A stretch of DNA of 64,000 bases from Eledone cirrhosa (taxonomy: Eukaryota): contig OZ024741.1 of assembly GCA_964016885.1 (NCBI GenBank), positions 383,718,001 through 383,782,000 on the forward strand, read 5' to 3'. Shown in pieces: positions 41,554-54,996 of this stretch. Under the pieces are notes generated by a model. The model had not been told where the DNA came from and ran no database searches. It worked only from the letters and a program-made list of their open reading frames with translations. Numbering within the stretch: position 1 is the stretch's first letter; each line of letters opens with the position of its first letter. The translations under genes were made by a program, and so were the position numbers.

Positions 41554-41997
41554 TAGAAGTATATATAGATAGATATAGATGTGTTGGTGTGTCTGTGTGT
41601 GTGCATGTGTATACATGTGTGTGCGTGTGTGCATGTGTACGCGTACGCGTGTGCATGTGTACGCGTACGCGTGTGCCTGTGTGTTTATCTCTTTGTATGT
41701 GTGCGTTCATATTTATGTATGTGTATATGTATGCGAAAACATAATGAAAAAGTGTTGAGTAAATACTATATAAAAATGGCGTCAGTTTTAACATTAAGTT
41801 AAAGAATTCAAAATGTTTGGTAGTTCTGTAAAGATCAAATTTTCAGATATTTTTCCACATATTCCATATATACTAGTTTCATTATTGTCTCCATTTGTCT
41901 TCGTGTACAAGAAACAGAACTTCAATTTCGCGATTAATTTACCACTCTCTTTAACGTTCTTTCCCTCTTACTTTTTCTCTCTCCTTCTCTCACTATG

Positions 41998-42122
<125 letters not shown>

Positions 42123-42181
42123 CGTTTTTGAATTTGTTTTGCAAGATTTGTTTTCTGAAAACGTGTGCTAAACAGGTATTG

Positions 42182-42386
42182 TTATACTTTGGGAGGGTCA
42201 TGCTGCCAAGCAAAACACACGCACCTGTTGGTTTTCACATCAATTTATTATGCATTTCCGGTTGGTTGGTTCGATAACCGGAAGGTTGTTTATATATTGT
42301 CAAAGCTCTTTCGTCAAATATTCTGATAAGTGAAAACCAACAGGTGCGTGTGTTATTATTGGCAGCATAATCCTCCCAAAGTATAA
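42182..42386. repeat. Inverted repeat with ~57 bp arms and ~90 bp spacer between TA tracts
   Basis: TTATACTTTGGGAGG...CTGTTGGTTTTCAC mirrored by GTGAAAACCAACAG...CCTCCCAAAGTATAA. Confidence 0.75.
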
Positions 42387-42421
42387 ATATATATATATGT
42401 GTGTGTGTGTGTGCGTGTGTA

Positions 42422-42492
<71 letters not shown>

Positions 42493-42496
<4 letters not shown>

Positions 42497-43085
42497 GTGG
42501 TTACACAACAGTTAGTTCACCTTACCGAGAACAATTGTTTCACCTTCGCGGATCTTCAGCTCGGGATGTGTATGGTTATAGGAACAGGAAGTACAACGGA
42601 ACGAACGCGCATGCGCAGAAACTCTGTCACTTCACACAGGCAATATAGACTGCGTCCGGGAGGTGTAAGGGATATAACTGCGAAAGTCCGGAAAGTTTTT
42701 AGGTTGAAAATAAAATATAAAAATATTAAAAATAAAATTACAAAGAATCAGTCCGGAGCCTTGTAGTTATGCAATAGATGTTTGGTGACGTGTGGACAAC
42801 GTGTGAAAAATTCACTCTCGTGTTTAGGCAATCACTATTGCGTAATCTCTTTAGGATAGTTATTCGTTCGTCAATACATAAGCCACACGTCGGATTTCCC
42901 CTTGCGTATGGCTTGGTCTTAGTGATGGCTTTCCATTGAATGGAATAGCCTATACTTGAGTCCTTGAGGGACCATACGTGGCTGGCAAGTTTCGTGGATG
43001 AACGTCTGTCCGGGTGTCTGAAGGTAGACTGGTGGTTCAGGAAATGCTCCTTGAATCGGCCCTCCTCCATGTCCACATATATATA
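42493..43085 (-). mobile_element. 3' fragment of a second Penelope-like element (GIY-YIG C-terminus plus HHR-bearing tail)
   Basis: FKEHFLNHQSTF...TKLASHVW...IQWKAI...CGLCIDE...LNTR aligns to the endonuclease at 48760-49122; ends in (TA)n. Confidence 0.85.
42525..42564 (-). ncRNA. Minimal hammerhead ribozyme motif
   Basis: CCGAG-CTGAAGA-TCCGCGAAGGT-GAAAC-AATT-GTT-CTCGG. Confidence 0.82.
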
Positions 43086-43149
43086 TATGAGTGCCAATAC
43101 TGGAATTGAATAATCAAGACCGTAGCGGTATGTCATATAACAAATCATA

Positions 43150-43212
43150 TATTTTGTCTGATGAAAACGTTCTGAAACAACACAGTACCTTTGAAATATA
43201 TTTCATAAAGTA
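43150..43212 (+). ncRNA. Degenerate hammerhead motif
   Basis: TATTTTGT-CTGATGA-AAA...TTT-GAAATATAT-TTC-ATAAAGTA; 8 bp stem I, mismatch in stem III. Confidence 0.5.
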
Positions 43213-43493
43213 TATAATTTGATTATGCGAATATTTTTCACTTGTTAACATTTTGAATAATATTAAAAACTCCAGGAAAACACACTGTTGAGTGCTTCTA
43301 GCTACTGTAAAATTATATTCGTTGAGTAATCAACGAACCATACTAATCTTTGGTTATATATATATATATATATATATATATAGGAAAAGAGTCAGGACTC
43401 CAACGGCCGGAGCTCAGCCGGAACCACTCAACTAACCTAAAATGTAAGATACATCACTGAGGCATATTGATAATTAGTGGTGATGTATGTATG

Positions 43494-43596
<103 letters not shown>

Positions 43597-43811
43597 TTAA
43601 TTATTATTAATTATACTATTTATGGTTATGTAAATACAAAAACCTTTTGCAGTTATATGTATTTTTTTATACAAACCCTAAATAGTGGTAGGCAGTAATA
43701 TATTACTACCTTATTACCAGTAAGTTAAGTAGCTCAATGTAAAAACATCAGATGATTTACAGAGCAGTTATATGAAATATAAGAATCAAAGAACTGTTCA
43801 AGACATTTTTG

Positions 43812-43858
43812 TGCTTACAGCTGTTTCCTCCAAACCGAGGTTTAGATTCTTCGGAGCA
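43812..43858 (-). ncRNA. Hammerhead-like motif with CCGAAGA core in PLE 3' region
   Basis: TGCT-CCGAAGA-ATCTAAAC-CTCG-GTTTGGAG-GAAAC-AGCT-GTA-AGCA. Confidence 0.72.
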
Positions 43859-45307
43859 ATTTATTAATGAATGGACAGTTATATGACCTCCTTTTCACCC
43901 AAGAGACATACAGATACATATGCAAATATTGTGGGTCAACATTCATTACAGCATTTAAAGTGGCAGTACACACTTCGAGATTACATTCATATTAAAAGGT
44001 ACAATCAAGAATCAAAAATACAGGTTAAAATACAACATGAAAATAAGCGGTTATATAGTGCAAATGTTATATGAGTGGCAAGCACGTGCGTCTTGTTTAT
44101 ATAGTGTGGCAGAGAGTTACGTGTAGTAGAAGCACTTAGGTAGGTAAACAAGAGTGTTAGGTTGGTTGATCTGGTGGCAAATTCTTTATATGATTGTTAC
44201 AGTCTGTGTGTGGAGAAATGATATAAGCATTAAAAATAGTGTAAGCATTAAAAATATTAAAAATATTGGAAATGCACAGCGAAGGGATGATATAGACTTC
44301 ATGTACTTCGATATTTTCATGGTCAGGGGAGTGTATTTTTCAGATTATATTGCCCTCACATAATCCACGACAATTCGATATTGAGCGTTTGACAATCCAG
44401 TTAGAGAATCGTAGTCTGATGTTCTTTAGTTCAATACAGGAGGCTGTTACGTTTCGAGAATCGACATTGAATACTACCCGGAAGTGTGTGTGTGGCTAAG
44501 GGGAGTTAATGCATGAGGGGAGGTAACTCCGAGGTTTCTATTCCTAGCTATTGAAATGTGTCTCAATATAGACCCTAATTTCTATGGTTGTGCGCAACTT
44601 CCAAAATATTTCTAAAGCATAAAGTGTTTTAACTATAGAGTGTCTATTAAGTTGTGCTGAAGGTGTTCGTATTATTATGGTGAATTAACCCCCATCGTAG
44701 GGTGCCACAAATGAATATTATAGACGATGAGCGAGGATTCTAAATTAATGATCTCTGTGGTTGTAGTCTGCTCATAGGACCAGGCGCGGTGATTGCAGAA
44801 TCACTTCAACACTCAATGATCTCTGGTAAGTTCTGGGTCATCGCTTGTTACATTGGATGTCGAAAGATAATCATCACCTGGGCCGACCAGAGGTCAATCC
44901 GCAGTCCTCATGACCCCACTCTGACCATCAAATCATCCATATATGTACAACCCGCACGTCAGTTGCAATACATTCATTCGCTGCACTCAGCGTCCTGGTC
45001 CTACTGCTCAACAGCGTTACTAGATTAAATCGTTTTTCATCCGTCCAAGGAAGGCACTTCCTCCGCACAACACTACCAAGCCAATCAATTCATGCTTAAA
45101 TTACCTATAGAGCGGTGTAGTGCAGTTCAAGTGGGTGGATGTTGTCACACCTAACGTAGAGGTATAAATGGGTATTCTCTCTGCGAAAGGTTCCAGAGGG
45201 ATGTCGTTGTTTGTGTTATATGAGATCAGTTAGTGTTGGGTATGTGGTATAAGGTGTGCCCCTGGTGTTTGATGCTAGATGTGGTGTTTGGTTCAAGTCC
45301 GACCTTG

Positions 45308-47464
45308 CTATATATTGGGCTTAAAGTTTTGGAAGGAATGTCTGAAGCGGTGCTGGCAAGTTGCAAACACCTCAGATTTTTTGTTAAGTAGGTTACGGTT
45401 AGAGAAGATAATATTGTGGGTCTCTAGTATACAGAGGTTACAAAATTTATTAGGTGGTTTGTACGAAGTTGCGCTGCCTATCACTTCCCATTTGAGTGTG
45501 TATGGTTTATTTTTAGTTTTTAGATAGTGTATGTAGCTAGATAGTGAGGTGGAGTTGGCTAGGCTGTGCTTTTTGAACGAGTGGATGTGCGAATTATATC
45601 TGATTTTGAAGCAGTTAGAAGTGGACCCTACATAGGTTTCTGAAGAGTTGCTAGTTGTGACGGTGCATGATTATATGATATCCTTGGTTAGGCATTTTTT
45701 ATCTAAAGGGCAGGTTCTATTAGCTCTACAGTTACAATTATCCTGTGTGTTAGTCTGCTGGTTATAATGCAGTGCAGAAGTCTGGGTGGTAGCTATAGGA
45801 TTTTGGACATTCGGGTTGTCAACCCCGGTGTTATTTCTTATACTAGTGTTATTTCTATTGTTACTGCCGTTACTATGGTTGCTTGCTACAGAGGTATTTA
45901 GAAGGTTTGCATCCTGTTGTGATTTCGTTTGTTGGAAGTAAGAATTAATTTTACTTTTATTGCTGCTAGCTATGTGGTATGCTAAGTTAGGCATCGTAGA
46001 GTATGAGATTTTAATAGTGTTTTTGTTTAAAAGGTTGTGGTACTTGTGTCCTAGAGGGAAGTTTTTATCTAGTAGTGAGAAGAAAGCCATAGGTATGTTG
46101 GTGGAGACATTTAGGTTGAAAGGAGGGTTTAAAAATGTATTATTTCTTCTTCTATTTTTGTTTTTAGTGTTTGATGTGTTGTTTCTTCCTAAGGCACCAC
46201 AGTAGTTTCCGTGGTAATAGTTACTTCCGGTGGCACCCTCCGCTTTGGTGTACTTGTGGTTGCTATTCCTATTATTAGGTTTCCTCATGGACATGTTGTG
46301 CGAGATGATGTTGTAGCTATGTGTTTTCTTAGGTAGGAACTCAATTTCTATATTATGGCCGGATCTAGCTAATGCTTGATTGTAATATTGTGAGTTTTTG
46401 CTAAATATGTTTGCGTCATAGGATAGACTAGAGATTCTATTGGATACCCCCTTAGAGATAGAGTTTAATATTGATCTAGGGTGATTAGACTTGTTATCTA
46501 CGTAAATTAGTTTTTCGTTAGGCTTATGGAAAGGTGTATATATTTTTGAGTCTAGGTATAGTGTGGCGTCTAGGAAGTTAACATTTTTAGTGTTTTTGTC
46601 CATGGTGATACTAAGGTTAAAGTTTTTGAATGTCTTGTGCAATTGTTTTCTAGTTCTTTCTATATTAAATTTTTTATATTCTATAAGTAGAAGTGCATCA
46701 TCGCGGTACAAACCACCGTTGAGGTAAGGGAGGTCCTTATGGATTTCATTAAGAAGGTATAGGCCGACCAAATCAGTGACCTGCGCCGAATCACTAGATC
46801 CCATGGTTATGTCGAAGTTGTTGTGCGTATCCTTGCGTGTCCATAGTTGGTCCTCGAAGGTGATTATGGTTTTACGGGCCGCAAGTATGACATCAATCTG
46901 GGCTCTAGTCAAGTCGCTATTGTTTATGGCCATGATAAGTGCCTTATTTAATAGGATAGGGGAAATAGAGGTGTAGTATGATCTCAAATTGAATAAATTT
47001 GTTGTCCTTATTATTCTTGATATCTTTGAACCATTCAATCACTTCACCCGTATTTCCACATTGTTTAAGGTGTATCTTGTGTTTAATTTGTGGGATGATT
47101 TTATCCAAAATTTTCTTGCTGATAATACCAATGTCGGACTTGGAAGGGCAGATAAGTCTTATCGAGGGGTTGCTGATGAAGTCCTCCTTATGGTCCTTCA
47201 GAGAGAATATAGGGGGGTTTGGGGTGAATGGTTGTGTATGCCTCTGAAGTCCTAGTTTAGACACTATATTATATCCCTCTATATTAATATCTTCTAAGTT
47301 TTTCAAGGTGGTCTTCTTGTAGCTTTTATGTAGTTCATTATATATAAACTTTCTATAAGTATTATAATCTAGGCTGTATATGTTATTAGTTTTATCTGCG
47401 TGTACAATAATTTTATTACTAGTTTTGAATCCATTAATAGAGGTGTTAAGTTTGTTTAAGAAGG
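45308..47464 (-). pseudogene. PLE RT-GIY-YIG ORF, disrupted
   Basis: Frameshift near 46980 (QFEI../YTSISP); TAA at 45671-45673 in place of the Tyr of IIY. Confidence 0.85.
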
Positions 47465-49122
47465 TTTCCCCTATCCTATTAAATAAGGCACTTATCATGG
47501 CCATAAACAATAGCGACTTGACTAGAGCCCAGATTGATGTCATACTTGCGGCCCGTAAAACCATAATCACCTTCGAGGACCAACTATGGACACGCAAGGA
47601 TACGCACAACAACTTCGACATAACCATGGGATCTAGTGATTCGGCGCAGGTCACTGATTTGGTCGGCCTATACCTTCTTAATGAAATCCATAAGGACCTC
47701 CCTTACCTCAACGGTGGTTTGTACCGCGATGATGCACTTCTACTTATAGAATATAAAAAATTTAATATAGAAATAACTAGAAAACAATTGCACAAGACAT
47801 TCAAAAACTTTAACCTTAGTATCACCATGGACAAAAACACTAAAAATGTTAACTTCCTAGACGCCACACTATACCTAGACTCAAAAATATATACACCTTT
47901 CCATAAGCCTAACGAAAAACTAATTTACGTAGATAACAAGTCTAATCACCCTAGATCAATATTAAACTCTATCTCTAAGGGGGTATCCAATAGAATCTCT
48001 AGTCTATCCTATGACGCAAACATATTTAGCAAAAACTCACAATATTACAATCAAGCATTAGCTAGATCCGGCCATAATATAGAAATTGAGTTCCTACCTA
48101 AGAAAACACATAGCTACAACATCATCTCGCACAACATGTCCATGAGGAAACCTAATAATAGGAATAGCAACCACAAGTACACCAAAGCGGAGGGTGCCAC
48201 CGGAAGTAACTATTACCACGGAAACTACTGTGGTGCCTTAGGAAGAAACAACACACCAAACACTAAAAACAAAAATAGAAGAAGAAATAATACATTTTTC
48301 AACCCTCCTTTCAACCTAAATGTCTCCACCAACATACCTAGGGCTTTCTTCTCACTACTAGATAAAAACTTCCCTCTAGGACACAAGTACCACAACCTTT
48401 TAAACAAAAACACTATTAAAATCTCATACTCTACGATGCCTAACTTAGCATACCACATAGCTAGCAGCAATAAAAGTAAAATTAATTCTTACTTCCAACA
48501 AACGAAATCACAACAGGATGCAAACCTTCTAAATACCTCTGTAGCAAGCAACCATAGTAACGGCAGTAACAATAGAAATAACACTAGTATAAGAAATAAC
48601 ACCGGGGTTGACAACCCGAATGTCCCAAATCCTATAGCTACCACCCAGACTTCTGCACTGCATTATAACCAGCAGACTAACACACAGGATAATTGTAACT
48701 GTAGAGCTAATAGAACCTGCCCTTTAGATAAAAAATGCCTAACCAAGGATATCATATAATCATGCACCGTCACAACTAGCAACTCTTCGGAAACCTATGT
48801 AGGGTTCACTTCTAACTGCTTCAAAATCAGATATAATTCGCACATCCACTCGTTCAAAAAGCACAGCCTAGCCAACTCCACCTCACTATCTAGCTACATA
48901 CACTATCTAAAAACTAAGAATAAACCATACACACTCAAATGGGAAGTGATAGGCAGCGCGACTTCGTACAAACTACCTAATAAATTTTGTAACCTCTGTA
49001 TACGAGAGACCCACAATATTATCTTCTCTAACCGTAACCTACTTAACAAAAAAGCTGAGGTGTTTGCAACTTGCCAGCACCGCTTCAGACATTCCTTCCA
49101 AAACTTTAAGCCCAATATATAG
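47465..49122 (+). pseudogene. PLE RT-GIY-YIG ORF with internal TAA at 48757-48759
   Basis: Frame continues after the stop: SCTVTT...TYVGFTSNCFKIRYNSH...KWEVI...CNLCIRE...LLNKKAE...CQH...PNI*. Confidence 0.88.
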
Positions 49123-50571
49123 CAAGGTCGGACTTGAACCAAACACCACATCTAGCATCAAACACCAGGGGCACACCTTATACCACATACCCAACACTAA
49201 CTGATCTAATATAACACAAACAACGACATCCCTCTGGAACCCTTCGCAGAGAGAATACCCATTTATACCTCTACGTTAGGTGTGACAACATCCACCCACT
49301 TGAACTGCACTACACCGCTCTATAGGTAATTTAAGCATGAATTGATTGGCTTGGTAATGTTGTGCGGAGGAAGTGCCTTCCTTGGACGGATGAAAAACGA
49401 TTTAATCTAGTAACGCTGTTGAGCAGTAGGATCAGGACACTGAGTGCAGCGAATGAATGTATTGCAACTGGCGTGCGGGTTGTACATATATGGATGATTT
49501 GATGGTCAGAGTGGGGTCATGAGGACTGCGGATTGACCTCTGGTCGGCCCAGGTGATGATTATCTTTCGACATCCAATGTAGCAAGCGATGACCCAGAAC
49601 TTACCAGAGATCATTGAATGTTGAAGTGATTCTGCAATCACCGCGCCTGGTCCTATGAGTAGACTACAACCACAGAGATCATTAATTTAGAATCCACGCT
49701 CATCGTCTATAATATTCATTTGTGGCACCCTACGATGGGGGTTAATTCACCATAATAATACGAACACCTTCAGCACAACTTAATAGACACTCTATAGTTA
49801 AAACATTTTATGCTTTAGAAATTTTTTGGAAGTTGCGCATAACCATAGAAATTTGGGTCTATATTGAGACACATTTCAATAGCTAGGAATAGAAACCTCG
49901 GAGTTACCTCCCCTCATGCATTAACTCCCCTTAGCCACACACACACTTCCGGGTAGTATTCAATGTCGATTCTCGAAACGTAACAGCCTCCTGTATTGAA
50001 CTAAAGAACATCAGACTACGATTCTCTAACTGGATTGTCAAACGCTCAATATCGAATTGTCGTGGATTATGTGAGGGCAATATAATCTGAAAAATACACT
50101 CCCCTGACCATGAAAATGTCGAAGTACATGAAGTCTATATCATCCCTTCGCTGTGCATTTCCAATATTTTTAATATTTTTAATGCTTACACTATTTTTAA
50201 TGCTTATATCATTTCTCCACACACAGACTGTAACAATCATATAAAGAATTTGCCACCAGATCAACCAACCTAACACTCTTGTTTACCTACCTAAGTGCTT
50301 CTACTACACGTAACTCTCTGCCACACTATATAAACAAGACGCACGTGCTTGCCACACATATAACATTTGCACTATATAACCGCTTATTTTCATGTTGTAT
50401 TTTAACCTGTATTTTTGATTCTTGATTGTACCTTTTAATATGAATGTAATCTCGAAGTGTGTACTGCCACTCTAAATGCTGTAATGAATGTTGACCCACA
50501 ATATTTGCATATGTATCTGTATGTCTCTTGGGTGAAAAGGAGGTCATATAACTGTCCATTCATTAATAAAT

Positions 50572-50618
50572 TGCTCCGAAGAATCTAAACCTCGGTTTGG
50601 AGGAAACAGCTGTAAGCA
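50572..50618 (+). ncRNA. Hammerhead-like motif with CCGAAGA core (mirror of 43812-43858)
   Basis: Same motif on the plus strand, ~40 bp before (TA)n. Confidence 0.72.
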
Positions 50619-50649
50619 CAAAAATGTCTTGAACAGTTCTTTGATTCTT

Positions 50650-50731
<82 letters not shown>

Positions 50732-51130
50732 CATACATCACCACTAATTATCAATATGCCTCAGTGATGTATTTTACATTTTGAATACAAATAAGGTCGT
50801 GTATCGAATTGAAATAAACTTGATCAGCTGATATTATTCAACCAATTAGTATATACGTATTAGATGTTGAAAAAAAATCGATTAATCAAAGTTATCCAAG
50901 CGATTAGTATATAAGTACTTCCTCTTGGTGTATTTGAAATCCAAAATGAGCATAAATCCAAAAAGAAGAAAGATATCTTATGAAGATCGGTTGATCGATA
51001 TTTTTGGTTATCGACAGTAGATCTTCTAATAGAGATTTCCTTTTATTAGATATTTTCCAACAAACATAGAGTAGATATTCATGAGCAGTCTTATTACACT
51101 ACACCTCTCACCCCTCCCTCCTCCTCTCCA

Positions 51131-51171
<41 letters not shown>

Positions 51172-51173
51172 TC

Positions 51174-51226
<53 letters not shown>

Positions 51227-51232
51227 CATATG

Positions 51233-51274
<42 letters not shown>

Positions 51275-51333
51275 TACATACATACATACATACATGTATA
51301 TATACTATATACATACACACACATATATATATA

Positions 51334-51376
<43 letters not shown>

Positions 51377-51452
51377 CAAAGGTATTGTGGTAAGGAACCA
51401 GATGGACCATAACGCACCAGAGTACTCAATACTTAGAGTAGTAGAGTGGGAA

Positions 51453-51550
51453 ATATGAAAAAGTATGACTCCGACGGCAGAGCTCAAGCCGTTTCGACGG
51501 CTGAAAATAGCCGTCGAAACTGCTTGAGCTCTGCCGTCGGGGTCATACTT

Positions 51551-51558
<8 letters not shown>
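51453..51558. repeat. Near-perfect 106 bp hairpin
   Basis: ATATGAAAAAGTATGACTCCGACGGCAGAGCTCAAGCCGTTTCGACGGCT-GAAAAT-mirror arm with 2 mismatches. Confidence 0.9.
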
Positions 51559-51625
<67 letters not shown>

Positions 51626-52043
51626 CATATATATATAGATATATACATAAATATATTGTCTGTGCGTGTTAGGAAAGATGTTATGAACATATGTATGTAT
51701 GTGTCTCTACGAGAATGTGTATTTCCTTAATATAGATTCAAAGAGCCATAAAAGAGCCGGACTCAAAAACACTATAAAGAATCGGAAGGTGAACACAATT
51801 ATTCTCCGTGATGAATATTACAGATAAGAAAAAGAGAATATATCAATACACTTGCCTTTTCTTTGTACAATCTGTCGTTAAAATCACGATTTTACGGTGG
51901 ACATAAAACTAGGCTGTTTCCAGTATGATCTACAAAAATACACGCTCGCACACATCAAAGTAACAAACAATTGAAACTCTCACATACATATCTGCATAGG
52001 TACATACATACACACACACATATATATATGTATAAACATATAT

Positions 52044-52110
<67 letters not shown>

Positions 52111-52263
52111 CATATATACACGTACATATAAATACCTACATATATAAATACATGAATACATACATAAATGCATCATAAATACGTACATACATAAATGAAT
52201 ACATAGTTACGTACATACATAAATATATATACATATATCGTGAATTTTACCCGCCCTAGATAG

Positions 52264-52297
<34 letters not shown>

Positions 52298-52318
52298 GTG
52301 CGCGCGCGTGTGCGTGCG

Positions 52319-52438
<120 letters not shown>

Positions 52439-53799
52439 TTTGTGTGTGAGTGTGTGTAAGGAGGGGGGTTGTATGCATATAAATACGTATGGATAATTGT
52501 GCGTGCATACACATATATCCCTCTTAGGTTGTATATTTATTTGTACGTATGTGTGCGCATGCGTGTTTGTTTGTTTCCATTGTATATATATGTCTCTGCA
52601 TGAAAGACGGCAAATTAAAGGCAATTTTTGTAAGAAGGAAAACCAGAATAATTGATGTTAAAGGCAACACTATCGTGTAAAAGTATTGACTATGAGAAGT
52701 ATAATATAAAACTAGTACCTTATGGATATGTAACATCCATGACCCGACAGTTTTGTGTTATTGTTATTTAAAATCTGAGAATGGTCTGAGGAAGGTATTG
52801 CTGCTTACCCTATAGCAGAATCTTTTGTTGAACGATATCTTGTATATTGCAATTTACGAACTTACTAAGAATTCTAACTCTATAGTTATATATATACGGG
52901 TGACGTTTAAAATTGTTTTTCTACTTATATAATAACAGAGATTCCATATTTTTTCCCAAAGAGAAATAGTATTGAAATATCTGTATAGAAACAGGAAATT
53001 GATGTATATATTTACATAGAAAGGTTTCGGTAATATGTTATACAGGGTGTCGTATTTATACATACAAATAGTGTCTCGCATTCTGAATATGGCGAAGGAA
53101 GAAAAGCTTTGTTGGCACACATAAGCAGCTCATATTTTATTTCGCCTTTCAAATAAATATTTGGCCTAACCAATTTGCTGAGGGAATATGCTTCACTGAA
53201 GAGATTTAATACGATAGAATCATATCCATTGCTTTTAGCCAGTTGGCATAAAGACAAGGTCCAATCGCACTACATTGTCTAAAATGTTACGGGAAGATTT
53301 TCAATGTAAATAAGCTTATTTAAAATAATTGTTTCTACTTTTGGCACAAGGCCAGCAATTACCCAGTGCATTACTGGTACTTTATTTTATCGACTCTGTA
53401 AGGATGAAAGGCAAAGTTGACCTTGGCGGAATGTGAACTCTACAGGTTATATTATTGAAAACAGAATAGAAATAATGACATTTTTCTATTTAATATCATG
53501 CTATTCTAATGTCAGATTTGTACCTCCTATTTTACATATACATATTGTTCATATGCACACTGAACACAATTATATAATGTGTCGATGGTTGATTCAATCG
53601 TGGGAGGAAGATATTTATTCTATGAACAGGAAAACCGAAATCTGACGGAAACTTTCGACGCTGTACTCTTAAAATGCGATATAGTCATGTTTTCACTTAA
53701 TTGGATGATATTGAATGTGGCAAGTTCTTGCGATTTATTGTTAGTATCATTCATTGGTATTGTTGATAAGTCTGGCAGTGATACTAACATTTCACACTG

Positions 53800-53847
<48 letters not shown>

Positions 53848-53881
53848 ATGTGTGTGTATTTGTGTGCATGTGTACATATGC

Positions 53882-53921
<40 letters not shown>

Positions 53922-53928
53922 TTATATG

Positions 53929-53980
<52 letters not shown>

Positions 53981-54078
53981 GCAGAGATACCTACATATAT
54001 GTAGAAAGGTAGAAAGATCGATAGACAGACAGATAGTTAGATAGATAGATAGATAGATAGATGGATAGACAGACAGAC

Positions 54079-54175
<97 letters not shown>

Positions 54176-54996
54176 TCACTCATGATATTGTTGAATTTTA
54201 AATATCCCCCGGTGAATCACAAATTTCATTAGGAAATTTTTCTTCCCAATCGTATTATGCCAACCTCTAATTACTTCGTGTACTATGTGTACAATACTAT
54301 CATCAGATTCGGCTTCATTATTTTGGCCGGCAACTCGCGACCTAAACAACAAAATATTTATCAGAATCTCTCGGTGAGATAATAATATATACGCATCTTC
54401 ATTTATTTGTATTATACGGATTTTATCTTTCCGTCTTACTTCTTTCTGATAGTCGTTTCCCATAGCTATAATTACTTCGTAGTTATAGAGCACTCTTTCT
54501 AGAAGAGACTTCGTTTAGTCGTGTTAGGATGTACACTGAAAATTATGAGTGTCTCTTGCGCAAGTTCAACAATGAACGCCAGTGAAAACAAATACGGGGA
54601 ACAATAACAAACATTGTTATTAGGTTCACGCTTGTATGAAATAGTAAAAGACTTTTCCACAAAGAAACGAGAGTGGGAGAGAGCTTAGGACAGAGAAGAG
54701 GTTAACGGGAAAAGGTGGGTCATCAGGGGGGGGGGTCTTTTTTTCTTACATAAAGGTGTGTATGCTGTAGTGGTGGCAGAGCATCCGAATCTATCAGTGG
54801 TCAGTCAGATTGTTTGTGAGTGCGTCCGTCTAGTCAAGGTCTTTATCTGTCTGTACGCATGTGTTGATCTAATTCTGAGTATGTATATATGTGCGTGCTT
54901 CTTGTATGTGTGTTAGTGAGTATGTATAGTAGAGTTCGTGTTAGGAGTGTGAAGTTTAGTGTGCATTAATGTGTATGCCTGCCGGCTTGTATTGTT

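Larger units (their letters stand above)
47465..50660 (+). mobile_element. Penelope-like element, right inverted copy (499 bp shorter at the 5' end)
   Basis: Mirror of 43770-46965 (paired coordinates sum to 94430); few substitutions. Confidence 0.92.

Noticed and set aside
47380-47464. N-terminus of ORF 47380..48759 and the first ~63 aa of ORF 46944..47654
   Set aside because: Chimeric read-through across the inversion junction; antisense sequence of the other arm
48757-48759. Selenocysteine recoding, reported for some Naiad PLEs
   Set aside because: The stop is TAA at a Tyr position, not TGA at a Cys position; the Cys motifs use TGT/TGC
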